DNA of 64,000 nucleotides from Alphaproteobacteria bacterium. GTDB lineage: Bacteria > Pseudomonadota > Alphaproteobacteria > UBA828. Shown piece after piece: positions 9,198 to 19,619 of this stretch. A program made the position numbers and the translations under genes. Each line of letters opens with the position of its first letter. Positions within the stretch are counted from its first letter, which is position 1. The notes under the pieces are model-generated. The model made no database searches and was not told the DNA's origin. It was given only the letters and a program-made list of their open reading frames with translations. The DNA lies in NCBI GenBank assembly GCA_965220745.1, contig CBDCQT010000013.1, forward strand, positions 224,001 through 288,000, read 5' to 3'.

Positions 9198-10604
9198 GTG
9201 CAAGGACTCGCGGAATCGCTCGCCGTCTATTTCGAGCGGCGGATGGCCCGCATCCTCCTCCTCGGGATCATCAGCGGTTTTCCGTGGGTGCTCATTGGCA
9301 GCAGCCTCACCCTTTGGCTCACCGAAGACGGGCTCAGCCGCAGCACCATCGGCTGGGCCGGCCTGATCTTCGGCGTCTACGCGTTCAACTTCCTCTGGGC
9401 CCCGCTGATCGACCGCGTCCGGTTGCCGTGGCTCTCGCGGCGGCTCGGGCACCGTCGTGCCTGGATCCTCGCCCTCCAGGTCGTGATCCTGGTGTGTCTC
9501 GTCCTCTGGAGCACCTTGGATCCCTCGGAAAGCCTCGGCGCCGTGATCGCCATCGGCCTCGCCATCGCGGTGGCGTCCGCGACCCAGGACATCGCCATCG
9601 ACGCGCTCAGAATCGAACAGATCGGCCAAGAGGAAGGCGAGGCGATGGCCGCTGGCGCGGCGGTCGCGGTGGTCGGCTGGTGGAGCGGCTTCAAGCTCGG
9701 CGGCATCGTCGCGCTTGAAACCGCCGAGGCCTTCCAGACCGCAGGTGTCGAGAACTACTGGCAGGTCACGTTTCTCGTGCTCGGGATCGTGGTCGTCCTC
9801 TGCAACGTCGGCCTCCTGTTCGTGAGGGAGGCCGCAGCGGTGGCGCGCATGGCCGCCCAGGCCGAAGACGAGGAGCGGATCGCCGCGCGCCTGCGCGTGT
9901 CCGGCCCGCTCGGGCGCATCGCGGCGTGGCTGGGGGGCACGGTCTTCAGTCCGCTCATGCGCTTCTTCGAGAGGAACGGAGTGGCGATCGCCGCCGCGGT
10001 TCTGGGCTTCGTCTTCCTGTTCAAGATCGGCGAGGCCTTCATGGGGCGCATGTCGCTCGTCTTCTACACGGAGATCGGCTTCACGAAATCGGACATCGCG
10101 CTCTACTCCAAGGGCCTCGGCTGGATCGTTACCGTGGGGTTCACGCTGCTGGGCGGTCTCGTTGCGGTCCGCATCGGCCTCATACGAGCCATGTTCGCAT
10201 CCGGAATCGCCATGGCGCTCACCAATCTCATGTTCGCGCTGCTGGCCTGGTCCGGGAAGTCGGAGGTGCTGTTCGCCGCAGCGGTCGTGATGGACGACCT
10301 CACGAGCGCGTTCGCGACGGTCACCTTCGTCGCATTCATCTCGATGCTGGTGGATCGGACCTATACCGCCACTCAATACGCCCTGCTGGCTTCGCTCGGC
10401 ACCGCGGGCCGGACGCTGCTCGCCGCGTCATCCGGTGAGTTGGTGGACTGGCTTGAGGGGGACTGGGGCACCTTCTTCGTCATCACGACGCTGATGGTGA
10501 TCCCGTCTCTCGTGTGCCTTTGGGCAATCCGCGCGAAGCTGCGCGATCTGCTGGCCGGCGCGCGTGTGCGGCTCATGGGAAAGGCCGTGGAGGACGCACC
10601 CTAG
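9198..10604 (+). CDS. ampG: AmpG family muropeptide MFS permease
   Basis: LGIISGFP, FLWAPLIDR, LGHRRAW, SATQDIAIDALRIE, YTATQYALLAS. Confidence 0.88.
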   Translation: MQGLAESLAVYFERRMARILLLGIISGFPWVLIGSSLTLWLTEDGLSRSTIGWAGLIFGVYAFNFLWAPLIDRVRLPWLSRRLGHRRAWILALQVVILVCLVLWSTLDPSESLGAVIAIGLAIAVASATQDIAIDALRIEQIGQEEGEAMAAGAAVAVVGWWSGFKLGGIVALETAEAFQTAGVENYWQVTFLVLGIVVVLCNVGLLFVREAAAVARMAAQAEDEERIAARLRVSGPLGRIAAWLGGTVFSPLMRFFERNGVAIAAAVLGFVFLFKIGEAFMGRMSLVFYTEIGFTKSDIALYSKGLGWIVTVGFTLLGGLVAVRIGLIRAMFASGIAMALTNLMFALLAWSGKSEVLFAAAVVMDDLTSAFATVTFVAFISMLVDRTYTATQYALLASLGTAGRTLLAASSGELVDWLEGDWGTFFVITTLMVIPSLVCLWAIRAKLRDLLAGARVRLMGKAVEDAP

Positions 10605-10636
10605 CCCCGCATCACTTACCGCCGGCATGCGCTACG

Positions 10637-11668
10637 TCAGCGGCGCAGGTATGAACGGAGCCCAGACAGAGGGCTTGTGTCGCGCTCATGATCCGGCGTT
10701 CCGCGCCGTTGGCCGGCGAAGAAGTCGGCTGACATGGGTCCGAGGCTGATCAGCCCGCCGGGAAGGAAGCGCGTGACCAGCAGCAGGATCAGCGCGTAGC
10801 CCACGGTCTGGTACGCGGACGCCTCGCGCAGCAGCTCGAAGCCGCCGATCAGCAGGACGGTTCCCAAAATCGGGCCGAGCGCGGTGCTCGTACCGCCGAT
10901 CACCACGTAGGCCACCGCGTAGATCGAATCCCAGAGCGAGAACGCGTCGGGATGGGCCAGGATCAGATAGTGCGCGTAGAAGCTGCCCGCGATCCCGGCG
11001 AAAAAGCAGGCGATGACAAAGGCGATGAGCTTGTAGATCGCGCTGTCGACGCCGACGCTCCGCGCCAGGATCTCGCTTTGGCGAACCGCGCGCAGAACTG
11101 CGCCCATGGGCGAGCGGTCGATCCAATAGGCGATTCCGACGGCGGCAAGCCCGAGCAGCCAGACGAGGTAGTAATAGGACGTCTTGTCCGTGAACGCGAT
11201 CGTGCCGCCGCCGAAGGGCAGCGATATCGGGTCGGGCGGCTGGATGTCGACCATGACCCCCATGCCCATGCTGCCGCCGGTGAAGTCGGGGGTCACCAGG
11301 ATGATCTGGCGGATCACGATGTTGAGCACGAGCGTCACCATCGCAAAGTAAGCGCCGGTCAGGCGCAGTGCCGGAAAGCCGAAGAGTGCCGCAGCTACCG
11401 CCGCGATCAGCCCGGCCACGGGCATCGCCGCCCAGAACGACCAGCCCAGATGGCCGGCCAGCATGGCCGATGCGTATGAGCCGATGGTCATGAACGCCGC
11501 CTGACCAAAGGTCCACTGGCCGATAATCAGAACCAGCCGAACTCCCAGCGAGACGATCGTGAACACCCCGATGGTGATGAAGACGTGCAGGTAATAGGGG
11601 TGCTGGGTGATGACCGGGATCAACCCGGTCAGCGCGATCGCCGCGACGATTGCACCCCGCTTAAGCAC
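10637..11668 (-). CDS. Branched-chain amino acid-type ABC permease (LivM-like)
   Basis: GQWTFGQAAF, LRLTGAYFAMVTL, SPMGAVLRAVRQSE..A.SVG. Confidence 0.9.
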   Translation of the reverse strand: MLKRGAIVAAIALTGLIPVITQHPYYLHVFITIGVFTIVSLGVRLVLIIGQWTFGQAAFMTIGSYASAMLAGHLGWSFWAAMPVAGLIAAVAAALFGFPALRLTGAYFAMVTLVLNIVIRQIILVTPDFTGGSMGMGVMVDIQPPDPISLPFGGGTIAFTDKTSYYYLVWLLGLAAVGIAYWIDRSPMGAVLRAVRQSEILARSVGVDSAIYKLIAFVIACFFAGIAGSFYAHYLILAHPDAFSLWDSIYAVAYVVIGGTSTALGPILGTVLLIGGFELLREASAYQTVGYALILLLVTRFLPGGLISLGPMSADFFAGQRRGTPDHERDTSPLSGLRSYLRR

Positions 11669-12521
11669 GGCCCAGCAACCCGCGCGGCCGGAAGATCAGG
11701 ATCAGCATCACCGCGCTGAACGCGGCGAGCGACGAGTATCCGCCGAAGAAGGTGGTGCCGAAGCTCTCCAACGCGCCGAAGGCGAGAGAGCCCACCACGG
11801 CCCCTGGGATGCTGCCGAGGCCGCCCAGGATCACCACCATGAAGGCCTTGATGACGACGGGGCCGCCGACGGCGGGCGTCAGCACCTGGATCGGCAGCAA
11901 GAGGCCTGCCGCTGCCGCCGCCAACGCACTGCCGATAAACATACCGAGCGCGCTGATCCAGTCGACGTTGATGCCTTGCAGCATCGCCGCCTCCCGATCC
12001 TGCGCGACGGCGCGCATCGCTTGCCCCTCCTTACTGCGCCAGACGAACAGGAAGAGGAGCGCGATGAGGGGCGCTGCGACGCCCAGGATCATCAGCCGCT
12101 CGCTGGGGATGACGATGGTGTCGAAAAACCAGACGGCGCCGTCCACCGGACTGCGAAAGCGCTTGTCGCGCTCGCCGAACGCGAGCAGCGCGCTGCCTTC
12201 GATGAGAAGGAGAATCCCGAGCGTGACAATCATGCTCGGCAGGTCCTGCCCGCGCAGCGGCCGCAAAAATATGCGGTCGAGGATCATGCCGAGCACACCC
12301 ACGGCGATGGCGGCGATGAAGAGCGCGGCGAAGTAGTTCACGCCCAGTTCGGTCGCCAGATAGAACACGCAGAAGGCGCCCAGCATGTAGAGGTGGCCGT
12401 GGGCGAACTGGATCACCCGCATGATGCTGAAGACCAGGCTAAGCCCGACGGCAATCAGTGCATAGGTGGCGCCCAGCATGAGCGCGTTGACCGCGACCTG
12501 ACCGTAGAGCATGGCCGTCAC
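11661..12521 (-). CDS. Branched-chain amino acid-type ABC permease (LivH-like)
   Basis: YALIAVGLSLVF..MRVIQFAHG, GQAMRAVAQD, VILGGLGSIPG. Confidence 0.9.
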   Translation of the reverse strand: MTAMLYGQVAVNALMLGATYALIAVGLSLVFSIMRVIQFAHGHLYMLGAFCVFYLATELGVNYFAALFIAAIAVGVLGMILDRIFLRPLRGQDLPSMIVTLGILLLIEGSALLAFGERDKRFRSPVDGAVWFFDTIVIPSERLMILGVAAPLIALLFLFVWRSKEGQAMRAVAQDREAAMLQGINVDWISALGMFIGSALAAAAAGLLLPIQVLTPAVGGPVVIKAFMVVILGGLGSIPGAVVGSLAFGALESFGTTFFGGYSSLAAFSAVMLILIFRPRGLLGRA

Positions 12522-12581
12522 GGGCGGACGCCTTTCGGTTGCGCAACCCCGGCGCCGGCCGCTGTGGGCCAGCCTCGCCGC

Positions 12582-13352
12582 TCAGGCCGGCGCCTGTTCG
12601 ATTCCATGAATGTCCTCGTCGGCGCCGAGATAGGCGTCGATGACGCGCGGATCGTTCTGAATTCGCTGCGGCGGCCCCTCGGCGATCAGCTTGCCGAAGT
12701 CGAGGACCGCGATGCGGTCGCAGCAGCGCATGACGGCGCGCATGTTGTGCTCGACCAGCATGACGGTCGTGTCCCGGGCACGAATCCGCTCGATGGTCGA
12801 GACCATCGCCTCCGTCTCTCCGGCGTCCATGCCGGTCAGCGGCTCGTCGAGCAGAAGCAGCGACGGGGCGGCGGCCAGCGCGAGCGCGATACCGAGTGCC
12901 CGGCGGTGGCCGTGCGGCAGGTTTTCGGCGCGCTCATCGGTGAGGTCGCTCAGGCCCACGAGCTCGATGATCTCGTGCACGGACCTCCGTCCCGCCGCCT
13001 CGCGGCCGCTCATGCGCCGGAAGCTGAGGCCGCTGTGGGCGCGCGCGCTCACCAGGACGTTCTCGAGCACCGTCATTTCCATGAAGAGCTCGGTCTGCTG
13101 GAAGGTACGCACCAGGCCGTGCCGTGCGATGCGGTGCAGGGACCAGCGCGTGATGTCCGTGCCGTCGTAGATGATGCGTCCGGCACTCGCCGGCAGGACC
13201 CCACTGATGACGTTGAAGAGGGTGGTCTTGCCGGCGCCGTTGGGCCCGATCAGGCCGAGGATTTCGCCCGGCTCGACGGTGAGGTCGACACCGCCGAGCG
13301 CCGCAAGGCCGCCGAAGTTCTTGCCGATTCCCGTGAGCTCGAGGAGTGCCAT
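12582..13352 (-). CDS. ABC ATP-binding protein (LivG-like)
   Basis: GPNGAGKTT, RTFQ, LLLDEP, VEHNM, V..AYLG. Confidence 0.9.
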   Translation of the reverse strand: MALLELTGIGKNFGGLAALGGVDLTVEPGEILGLIGPNGAGKTTLFNVISGVLPASAGRIIYDGTDITRWSLHRIARHGLVRTFQQTELFMEMTVLENVLVSARAHSGLSFRRMSGREAAGRRSVHEIIELVGLSDLTDERAENLPHGHRRALGIALALAAAPSLLLLDEPLTGMDAGETEAMVSTIERIRARDTTVMLVEHNMRAVMRCCDRIAVLDFGKLIAEGPPQRIQNDPRVIDAYLGADEDIHGIEQAPA

Positions 13353-13379
13353 GGCTTGCGCTCCGGCGCGTGCGGAACG

Positions 13380-14108
13380 CTAACCCAGGTACACGCGCTT
13401 GACTTCCTCGTTCTGGGCCAGCGAGTCGGTCGCGCCGGTGATCACCACTTGCCCGGTTTCGAGGACGTAAGCATGCTGTGCGATACGGAAGGCCATGCGC
13501 GCGTTCTGTTCGATGAGCAGGATACCGACGCGCCAGCGCCGCGTGATCGCCGCGATGACCTGGGCGATCTCCTGAACCATCCGGGGGGCGAGGCCGATCG
13601 AAGGCTCATCCAGCAGGAGAAGGCGCGGGCGGGCCATGAGCGCTCGTCCGATGGCGAGCATCTGCTGCTCGCCGCCGCTGAGGCTGCCCGCGCGCTGGCG
13701 GGAACGCTCCTTGAGCCGCGGAAAGTGCTCGTAGGTTAGGGCGAGGTCGTCGTCGAAAGCGGAATCCCTGAGCATCAACTTGCCGCTGCGCAGCCTGCGG
13801 TAGGCGCCCATCCGCAAATTCTCGAATACGGTCATGTCCGGAAAGACGCGCCGCCCCTCCGGTACGTGCGCGATCCCCAAGCCGACGATCTTGTGGGCGG
13901 GCACGCGGTCGATGCGCTTGCCGTCGAACAGGATTTCGCCGGCACTGGCCCGCTTTAGACCCGAGATCGTGCGCACAAGGGTGGACTTGCCAGCCCCATT
14001 TGGCCCGACCAGCGCCACGAGGCTCCCCTCGGAGACGGCGAGGGTCACTCCCTTGAGCGCGGGCGCCCGTCCATGATGAACCCACAGGTCCTTGACCTCG
14101 AGCAGCAT
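13380..14108 (-). CDS. ABC ATP-binding protein (LivF-like)
   Basis: GPNGAGKST, HVPEGRRVF, LSGGEQQMLAIGRALM. Alternative GTG start at 14120. Confidence 0.9.
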   Translation of the reverse strand: MLLEVKDLWVHHGRAPALKGVTLAVSEGSLVALVGPNGAGKSTLVRTISGLKRASAGEILFDGKRIDRVPAHKIVGLGIAHVPEGRRVFPDMTVFENLRMGAYRRLRSGKLMLRDSAFDDDLALTYEHFPRLKERSRQRAGSLSGGEQQMLAIGRALMARPRLLLLDEPSIGLAPRMVQEIAQVIAAITRRWRVGILLIEQNARMAFRIAQHAYVLETGQVVITGATDSLAQNEEVKRVYLG

Positions 14109-14206
14109 GACCGACGGCACCCGTCTCGGGAACTGGCGGGCGTGGGCCGGCCGGGGGCGAACGCCTTACCCGCCCCCGTACCGGCCCGCGCTCATACGAC
14201 TACGGC

Positions 14207-15382
14207 TCACGGCACCGTTGGCGGCACCACGGAGACGGTGGTCGCTTTTCCGTCCTTGATCGTGTTGAGCACGACGGGCACCTGCATCTGGTGCGGCTGG
14301 CCCCAGGTCTCGGCGCCGCCCCAAGTGATGGTCGGCTTGCCGGGCAGCAGCTCCTGCACCACCGTGGAATGGCGGACGCCCTCCACGATCGCCGGGATGT
14401 CGTCAATCGAGCCGGCTTTCTGGATGCCGGCGAGAAGCACCCTGATCCCCTGGTAGAAGGCGAGCGCAACGGCGGTCCATTCGCCTTCCCGCTCCGTGTA
14501 TTTCTCACGGAACGCCACGAGTTCCGGGCCCTCGGGGAAGCCGTGGGAGCCAATGATATAGAAGCCCTCGGCGGCCTCGGGGCCGGCGTGGTTGAGGTAG
14601 AGGTTGATGTCGTCCTCGCAGCTGCAGCTCATCACGCCCTTGTAGCCAAGCTGACGGGCGAGCTTCAGGAGTTGCGGCCCGGTTTGGCCGACGCAACCCA
14701 GGTTGAGCATGTCGGGGTTCAGCGCCAGCACCTTGGTCACCACCGGCAGCGGGTCCGCTAGGTCGGGATCGAAGTACTCGACGCCGAGCCACTCTAGGCC
14801 GAGGGCCTGCACCGCAGCCTTGTCGTTCTGCACGGCCATCTCCGGGAACTGTCCGCGCGGGGACAACTCGACCACCGTCTTGAGGTCCGGGTTGTCCTCG
14901 AGAACCCTCCCGAACAAGACCGGCGCGAAATTCGGGGGCAGATTGAGCGTGCCGAAGCCGTTGTGCGGCGGTGAGAACACGTCCGGCCGCCACACCGGCG
15001 AGACGTGAATGAGTCCTTCCCGCACGTCGTCCGGCAGGCCGAGCCAGGCGTCTGGGCCGTTATCGAAGTGGATCATCAGGATCTTGATGCCTTCCTGATG
15101 GATAAAGCGCTCCAGGCCGGCCTTGGCGAGCTTGGTGTCCGCTTTGTGGTCGTCGACGAACAGCTCGATCATGTACGTTTTGCCGCCGACCTCCAGCCCG
15201 CCCTGTTCGTTGATCTCGTCGACGTACATCTCCGACGTCGCCCGCAAGGGTACCCCCCATGCGGCGCCCCATCCCGTCATCGCTGACTGGAGCCCGATCT
15301 TGAGGGTGTCTTCGGCCTGCGCAGCCACGCCAGCGAATGACATCGCGAGCACCGACGCCGCAGCTATGAGGATTTTCCGCAT
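14207..15382 (-). CDS. ABC substrate-binding protein (Leu/Ile/Val-binding fold)
   Basis: Signal peptide, then LKIG...TG..A.WG and EINEQGGLEVGG. Heads the liv-type operon. Confidence 0.87.
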   Translation of the reverse strand: MRKILIAAASVLAMSFAGVAAQAEDTLKIGLQSAMTGWGAAWGVPLRATSEMYVDEINEQGGLEVGGKTYMIELFVDDHKADTKLAKAGLERFIHQEGIKILMIHFDNGPDAWLGLPDDVREGLIHVSPVWRPDVFSPPHNGFGTLNLPPNFAPVLFGRVLEDNPDLKTVVELSPRGQFPEMAVQNDKAAVQALGLEWLGVEYFDPDLADPLPVVTKVLALNPDMLNLGCVGQTGPQLLKLARQLGYKGVMSCSCEDDINLYLNHAGPEAAEGFYIIGSHGFPEGPELVAFREKYTEREGEWTAVALAFYQGIRVLLAGIQKAGSIDDIPAIVEGVRHSTVVQELLPGKPTITWGGAETWGQPHQMQVPVVLNTIKDGKATTVSVVPPTVP

Positions 15383-15483
15383 GGGTTAAGCCTCCCTGTT
15401 TTGACTTCTTGCGTGTGTGGCAATGCTACGGAGTTGGGCCACCAATTGACAAGGCTGGGCATCCCCCAAAGGCAACGCGACGC

Positions 15484-15522
15484 AGGTCGTGACCGTGGCG
15501 AGACATCCGGGTTAGTCTGGCG
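15484..15522 (+). promoter_or_regulatory. 39-bp element, copy 1; putative sigma70-like promoter/operator
   Basis: 33/39 identical to 19620-19658. Contains GTGACC-N18-TAGTCT. Confidence 0.55.
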
Positions 15523-15563
15523 CGGCGGCCCGCGCGGCCGCGCCGTGCGAGAGGGAGGAGGCG

Positions 15564-17498
15564 ATGGCCAACCTTGCCGAGGTCGAGACCTGGGAGGCGC
15601 CGGGCGAGATTGACCCCGGGACCTTCAGCGTCATCATGGGCTTGTACGAGAATATCGGGCGCGAGATGATGATCACGCTCGAGCGCTCGGCCTGGACCTC
15701 GATCATCAATCTTTGCCGCGACTTCTCCGTCGGTATCGCCGACGACGCCTGCAATCTGGTCGCGGTGCCGGATACCGCGCTGCCAGTCCAGGCCATGACC
15801 ATGCAGCGGATCATGAAGAGCACCGCCGAGTTCTTCGAAGGCGAGATCGAGGACGGCGACGTGCTGATGTGCAACCTCGCTTATCTCGGCAATACCCACA
15901 TGGGCGAGCCGCTGCTGGCGAGCCCGGTGTTCCACGAGGGCGAGCTGATGTTCTGGTCGATGGCGCGCGGCCATCTGGCGGACATGGGCACGCCCGCCTA
16001 CGTGCCCACCTACCCCTATTCCAAGGACCTCTACAGTGAGGGGCTCAAGATCCCGCCGATCAAGCTGTTCGAGCGCGGCAAGCTGCGCAGGGACATGCTG
16101 GAGCTCTACCTCGGCAATCTGCGCGCGCGCACCAACAGCCACGGCGACCTGATGGCGCACGTGGCCTGCACCTGGCGCGGCAAGGAGCAGCTCGCGTCCC
16201 TGATCGAACGGTACGGGCCGGAGACCGTGCGGCGCTACACCGCCGCGCTGCTCGACTACACCTCGCGCCGTGTCGGCGCCGATATCCGCAAGATGCGGCC
16301 CGGCACCTACTACGGCGAAGACTGGATGGACAGCAACGGCTACGGCACCAAGAACGTGCCGGTGCGCACCAAGCTGACCGTCGAAGACGACATGTGGATC
16401 GTCGACCTCTCCGAGTGTCCGCCGCAGATGATCGGCACGCTCAACGCCTCGCTCCATGGCGCGACGGAAGCCGCCGTGGTCGGCACGCTCGCCTTCTGCG
16501 TCGACCCCAGCATCCCGAAGAACGAGGGCTTCCACCGCCACGTCGAGATCATCTGCCCGGAGGGAACGATCTGCAGCGCGACCGCGCCGTTCTCGACCCA
16601 GCACTCGACCACGGGTGCGGCCGAGGTGGTTTACCGGGCGCTGATGCGCGCGGCCGCTGGCGCCACGCCCGAGATGAGCGCAGCCGGCAGCACGCTGATC
16701 CAGTGGAGCACCTACATCGGCGTCGACGAGCGCAACGGGGATAACAAGCTTTGGGCCTATGCCAACTTCAACGAGTGCGGCGGCGGTGGCGCGGCCAGCG
16801 GGGTGGACGGCAGCCCCTGCATGATGGAGATGGGAGTCGCTGGCGCCATGACCTTCATGAGCACCGAGATGGAGGAATGGCTCTATCCGGTGCTGGTCAA
16901 GCAGCAGGAGATCAAGACCGATTCACAGGGCGCCGGCCAGTGGCGCGGCGGGCCCGGTGTGACCACCCACGTCACCGGGCACGGCTCCAGCGCGATGGAC
17001 GTCTATACGGCGTGTTGGGGGCACAACAATTTGAGCCATGGGACCGTGGGCGGCAGCGGCGGAATCGGCGGCACGGTCTACGCCTTCGATCCGGCGAAGC
17101 CCGACGAGCGGCAGTTCTATTCCGGCCTCGGCAAGTTCCAGCTGCCCAAGGGCTGGGAGTATGTGGTGATCGCGAGCGGGGGTGGGGGTTACGGCGACCC
17201 CTACGACCGCGATCCCGCCGCTGTGGCCGAGGACGTCCGCGACGAGATCGTGAGCATCGAGGCGGCGCGGCATGACTATGGTGTGGTGCTCGATGCCGAA
17301 ACCCTCGCGGTGGACGAGGCGGCGACGGCGGCGCTCCGCGCCGAGCTCAAGGCGGAACGCGGGCCTGCGCCACTCAACTCGCCGATGGAGCCCGGCACCT
17401 CTACGCTGCGTCAGAGCCTGATGACCAACCGCGATACCTTTACCGACCTCGACCGCGACCCCGCCGAGGATTCCTCGCCCGACCTTTACGGCCGTTAG
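15564..17498 (+). CDS. Hydantoinase B/oxoprolinase family subunit (divergent)
   Basis: LERSAWTSII..CRDFS, GHLADMG, EGLKIPPIKL, DSQGAGQWRGG, GGGGYGDP. Confidence 0.9.
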   Translation: MANLAEVETWEAPGEIDPGTFSVIMGLYENIGREMMITLERSAWTSIINLCRDFSVGIADDACNLVAVPDTALPVQAMTMQRIMKSTAEFFEGEIEDGDVLMCNLAYLGNTHMGEPLLASPVFHEGELMFWSMARGHLADMGTPAYVPTYPYSKDLYSEGLKIPPIKLFERGKLRRDMLELYLGNLRARTNSHGDLMAHVACTWRGKEQLASLIERYGPETVRRYTAALLDYTSRRVGADIRKMRPGTYYGEDWMDSNGYGTKNVPVRTKLTVEDDMWIVDLSECPPQMIGTLNASLHGATEAAVVGTLAFCVDPSIPKNEGFHRHVEIICPEGTICSATAPFSTQHSTTGAAEVVYRALMRAAAGATPEMSAAGSTLIQWSTYIGVDERNGDNKLWAYANFNECGGGGAASGVDGSPCMMEMGVAGAMTFMSTEMEEWLYPVLVKQQEIKTDSQGAGQWRGGPGVTTHVTGHGSSAMDVYTACWGHNNLSHGTVGGSGGIGGTVYAFDPAKPDERQFYSGLGKFQLPKGWEYVVIASGGGGYGDPYDRDPAAVAEDVRDEIVSIEAARHDYGVVLDAETLAVDEAATAALRAELKAERGPAPLNSPMEPGTSTLRQSLMTNRDTFTDLDRDPAEDSSPDLYGR

Positions 17499-17539
17499 CA
17501 TTACCGCGCCGCCCGCGGGCGCCAAACCAGGAGCCATCC

Positions 17540-19606
17540 ATGGCTTATGTCGCCGCCATCGACATCGGCGGAACCCACACGGACTGCGTCGCATCCGACG
17601 GGCGTGCCGTCCAATCGGCCAAGGTGCCGACCACCGAGGACCCGACCGATGGCGTGATCCACGGCCTCGAGATGCTGGCAGGCAAGTTCGGCACCGATCT
17701 CGCCGCGCTGCTCGGCGATTGCGACCGCTTCGTGTACGGCTCGACCACCGCTACCAACATCTTCGTCCAGCGCCGCCTGCCGAAGACGGGATTGCTCTGT
17801 ACCCACGGGCATCGTGACATTCTGTGGTTCCGGGAGGGCAACAAGCCCGACCGCTGGAACCTCCGCACGCCGCCGCCGTGGTCGCTGCTCGACCGCCACC
17901 TCCGTCGGCCGATCCGCGAGCGGATCGATCAGACCGGCGCGGCGATCGTTCCGCTGGAGGAAGAGGACGTCCGGGAGGCGGCCAGAACGCTACGCGGCGA
18001 AGGGGTCGAGGCGGTTGCCATCGCTTTCCTCTGGTCGTTCATTAATCCGGCGCACGAGCGGCGCGCCCAAGCGATCGCGCGCGAGGAGCTGGGGGACGAC
18101 ATCCCGGTGCTCGCCAGCGTCGACATCCTGCCCGTGATCCGCGAGTGGGAGCGCACCTTCTGCACCGTGCTCAGCGCCGGGATCATGGTGGAGACCCGCG
18201 CGCATCTGGAGAGCTTCCGCGCGCGCATGAGCGAGCTCGGCCTCAAGGGCGAGCCGCTGGTGATGCAGTGCAACGGCGGCCACGCGACGATCGACGCCAT
18301 CCTGCGGAACCCGCTCCCGCTGGTGGCGAGTGGACCTGCCGGCGGCGCGCTCGCCGGCGTCTACTACGGCGAGCTGACCGACAGCACCGACGTCATGACG
18401 ATTGATACCGGCGGCACCAGCTTCGACGTGTGCGTGCTGCCGGGCCGCTCGATCCCGATCACCAGGGCCAAGCGTCTCGACACCGAGCCCATCTCCATCC
18501 CCTCGGTCGATGTCCACACCATCGGCGCGGGTGGCGGTTCGATCGCATGGTTGGACGGGGGTGGCGCGCTCCGCGTCGGCCCGCAGAGCGCGGGCGCCAA
18601 TCCTGGCCCCGTCTGCTACGGGCGGGGTGGAACCGAGCCGACGCTCACCGATGCGTTCGTGCATCTCGGCTACATCAACCCCGATTACTTCCTGGGTGGG
18701 CGCACCGCGCTCCAGCCGGCGCTCGCCGACCGGGCCATCACGGAGAAAATCGCCGAGCCTCTGGGGCTCCATCTCACCGGCGCCGCCGCGCGCATCGTCG
18801 AGATCATGAATAGCCGGCTCGCGGGCGCCATGCGGCTCCTCTCGGTCGAGCGTGGCATAGACCCGCGCCCCTACACGTTGCTGGTGGGCGGCGGCGCCGG
18901 GCCGCTGCAGGCAGGCACGCTTGCCAGCCGGCTCGGGATTTCCCGCGTGATCGTGCCGCGCTGGCCGGGTGTGCTCTGCGCATCGGGGCTGATGCGGGCA
19001 GACGTGACGCACAACCTGGTGCGCTCTTTCAACACCACCGCCGAGGCAGCGGATCTCGACAGGCTCTCCGCCCTCTACGACGAGATGGAGCGCGCCCTCA
19101 CGCGCACGCTGGAGGAGGAGGGCATCGCGCCGGAGGACATGACGCTCAGCCGCTTCATCGACGCCCGCTACTCCGGGCAGGTCTATGAGATCGAGACGCC
19201 TGTGCCCTCGGTCGAGACCCTGGCAGCGGACCACTTCAAGGCCATCGTCGCCGCCTTCGAGGACGCCCACGAGGTGCTCTACCACTACCGGATGGAGGGA
19301 TACCCGGCGGAGTTCGTGTCCTGCCGGGTAGAGGCGGTCGGACGGGTCGAGGCGGTGACGCCGGAAGAGCTGCCGGCGGCCGGGCCCGATCCCTCAGCGG
19401 CGGCGAAAGGAACTCGCCGCGCCTACCTGCCCGACGAAGGGCGCTTCGCGCCGGTCGAGACCTTCGACGGCGAAAGACTCGATCCCGGCAACCGCATCGC
19501 TGGCACCGCGATTGTTGAGACCGAGGGCTCGACCCTGGTGGTCTGGAAAGATCAGCGGCTGACGGTCAACCGTTACGGCGACTTCGAGATCGACATCGGC
19601 GGATAG
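17540..19606 (+). CDS. Hydantoinase A/oxoprolinase family ATP-binding subunit
   Basis: IDIGGTHTD, GSTTATN, SGPAGG, DTGGTSFD, IGAGGGS, GPQSAGANPGPVCYGRGG. Confidence 0.92.
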   Translation: MAYVAAIDIGGTHTDCVASDGRAVQSAKVPTTEDPTDGVIHGLEMLAGKFGTDLAALLGDCDRFVYGSTTATNIFVQRRLPKTGLLCTHGHRDILWFREGNKPDRWNLRTPPPWSLLDRHLRRPIRERIDQTGAAIVPLEEEDVREAARTLRGEGVEAVAIAFLWSFINPAHERRAQAIAREELGDDIPVLASVDILPVIREWERTFCTVLSAGIMVETRAHLESFRARMSELGLKGEPLVMQCNGGHATIDAILRNPLPLVASGPAGGALAGVYYGELTDSTDVMTIDTGGTSFDVCVLPGRSIPITRAKRLDTEPISIPSVDVHTIGAGGGSIAWLDGGGALRVGPQSAGANPGPVCYGRGGTEPTLTDAFVHLGYINPDYFLGGRTALQPALADRAITEKIAEPLGLHLTGAAARIVEIMNSRLAGAMRLLSVERGIDPRPYTLLVGGGAGPLQAGTLASRLGISRVIVPRWPGVLCASGLMRADVTHNLVRSFNTTAEAADLDRLSALYDEMERALTRTLEEEGIAPEDMTLSRFIDARYSGQVYEIETPVPSVETLAADHFKAIVAAFEDAHEVLYHYRMEGYPAEFVSCRVEAVGRVEAVTPEELPAAGPDPSAAAKGTRRAYLPDEGRFAPVETFDGERLDPGNRIAGTAIVETEGSTLVVWKDQRLTVNRYGDFEIDIGG

Positions 19607-19619
19607 CGGCACCGGCGGT

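Noticed and set aside
9012-10376. 845-aa ORF 7839..10376 as one fusion protein
   Set aside because: The N-terminal extension is the antisense shadow of ampG. The CoA-transferase has its own RBS and ATG at 9011.
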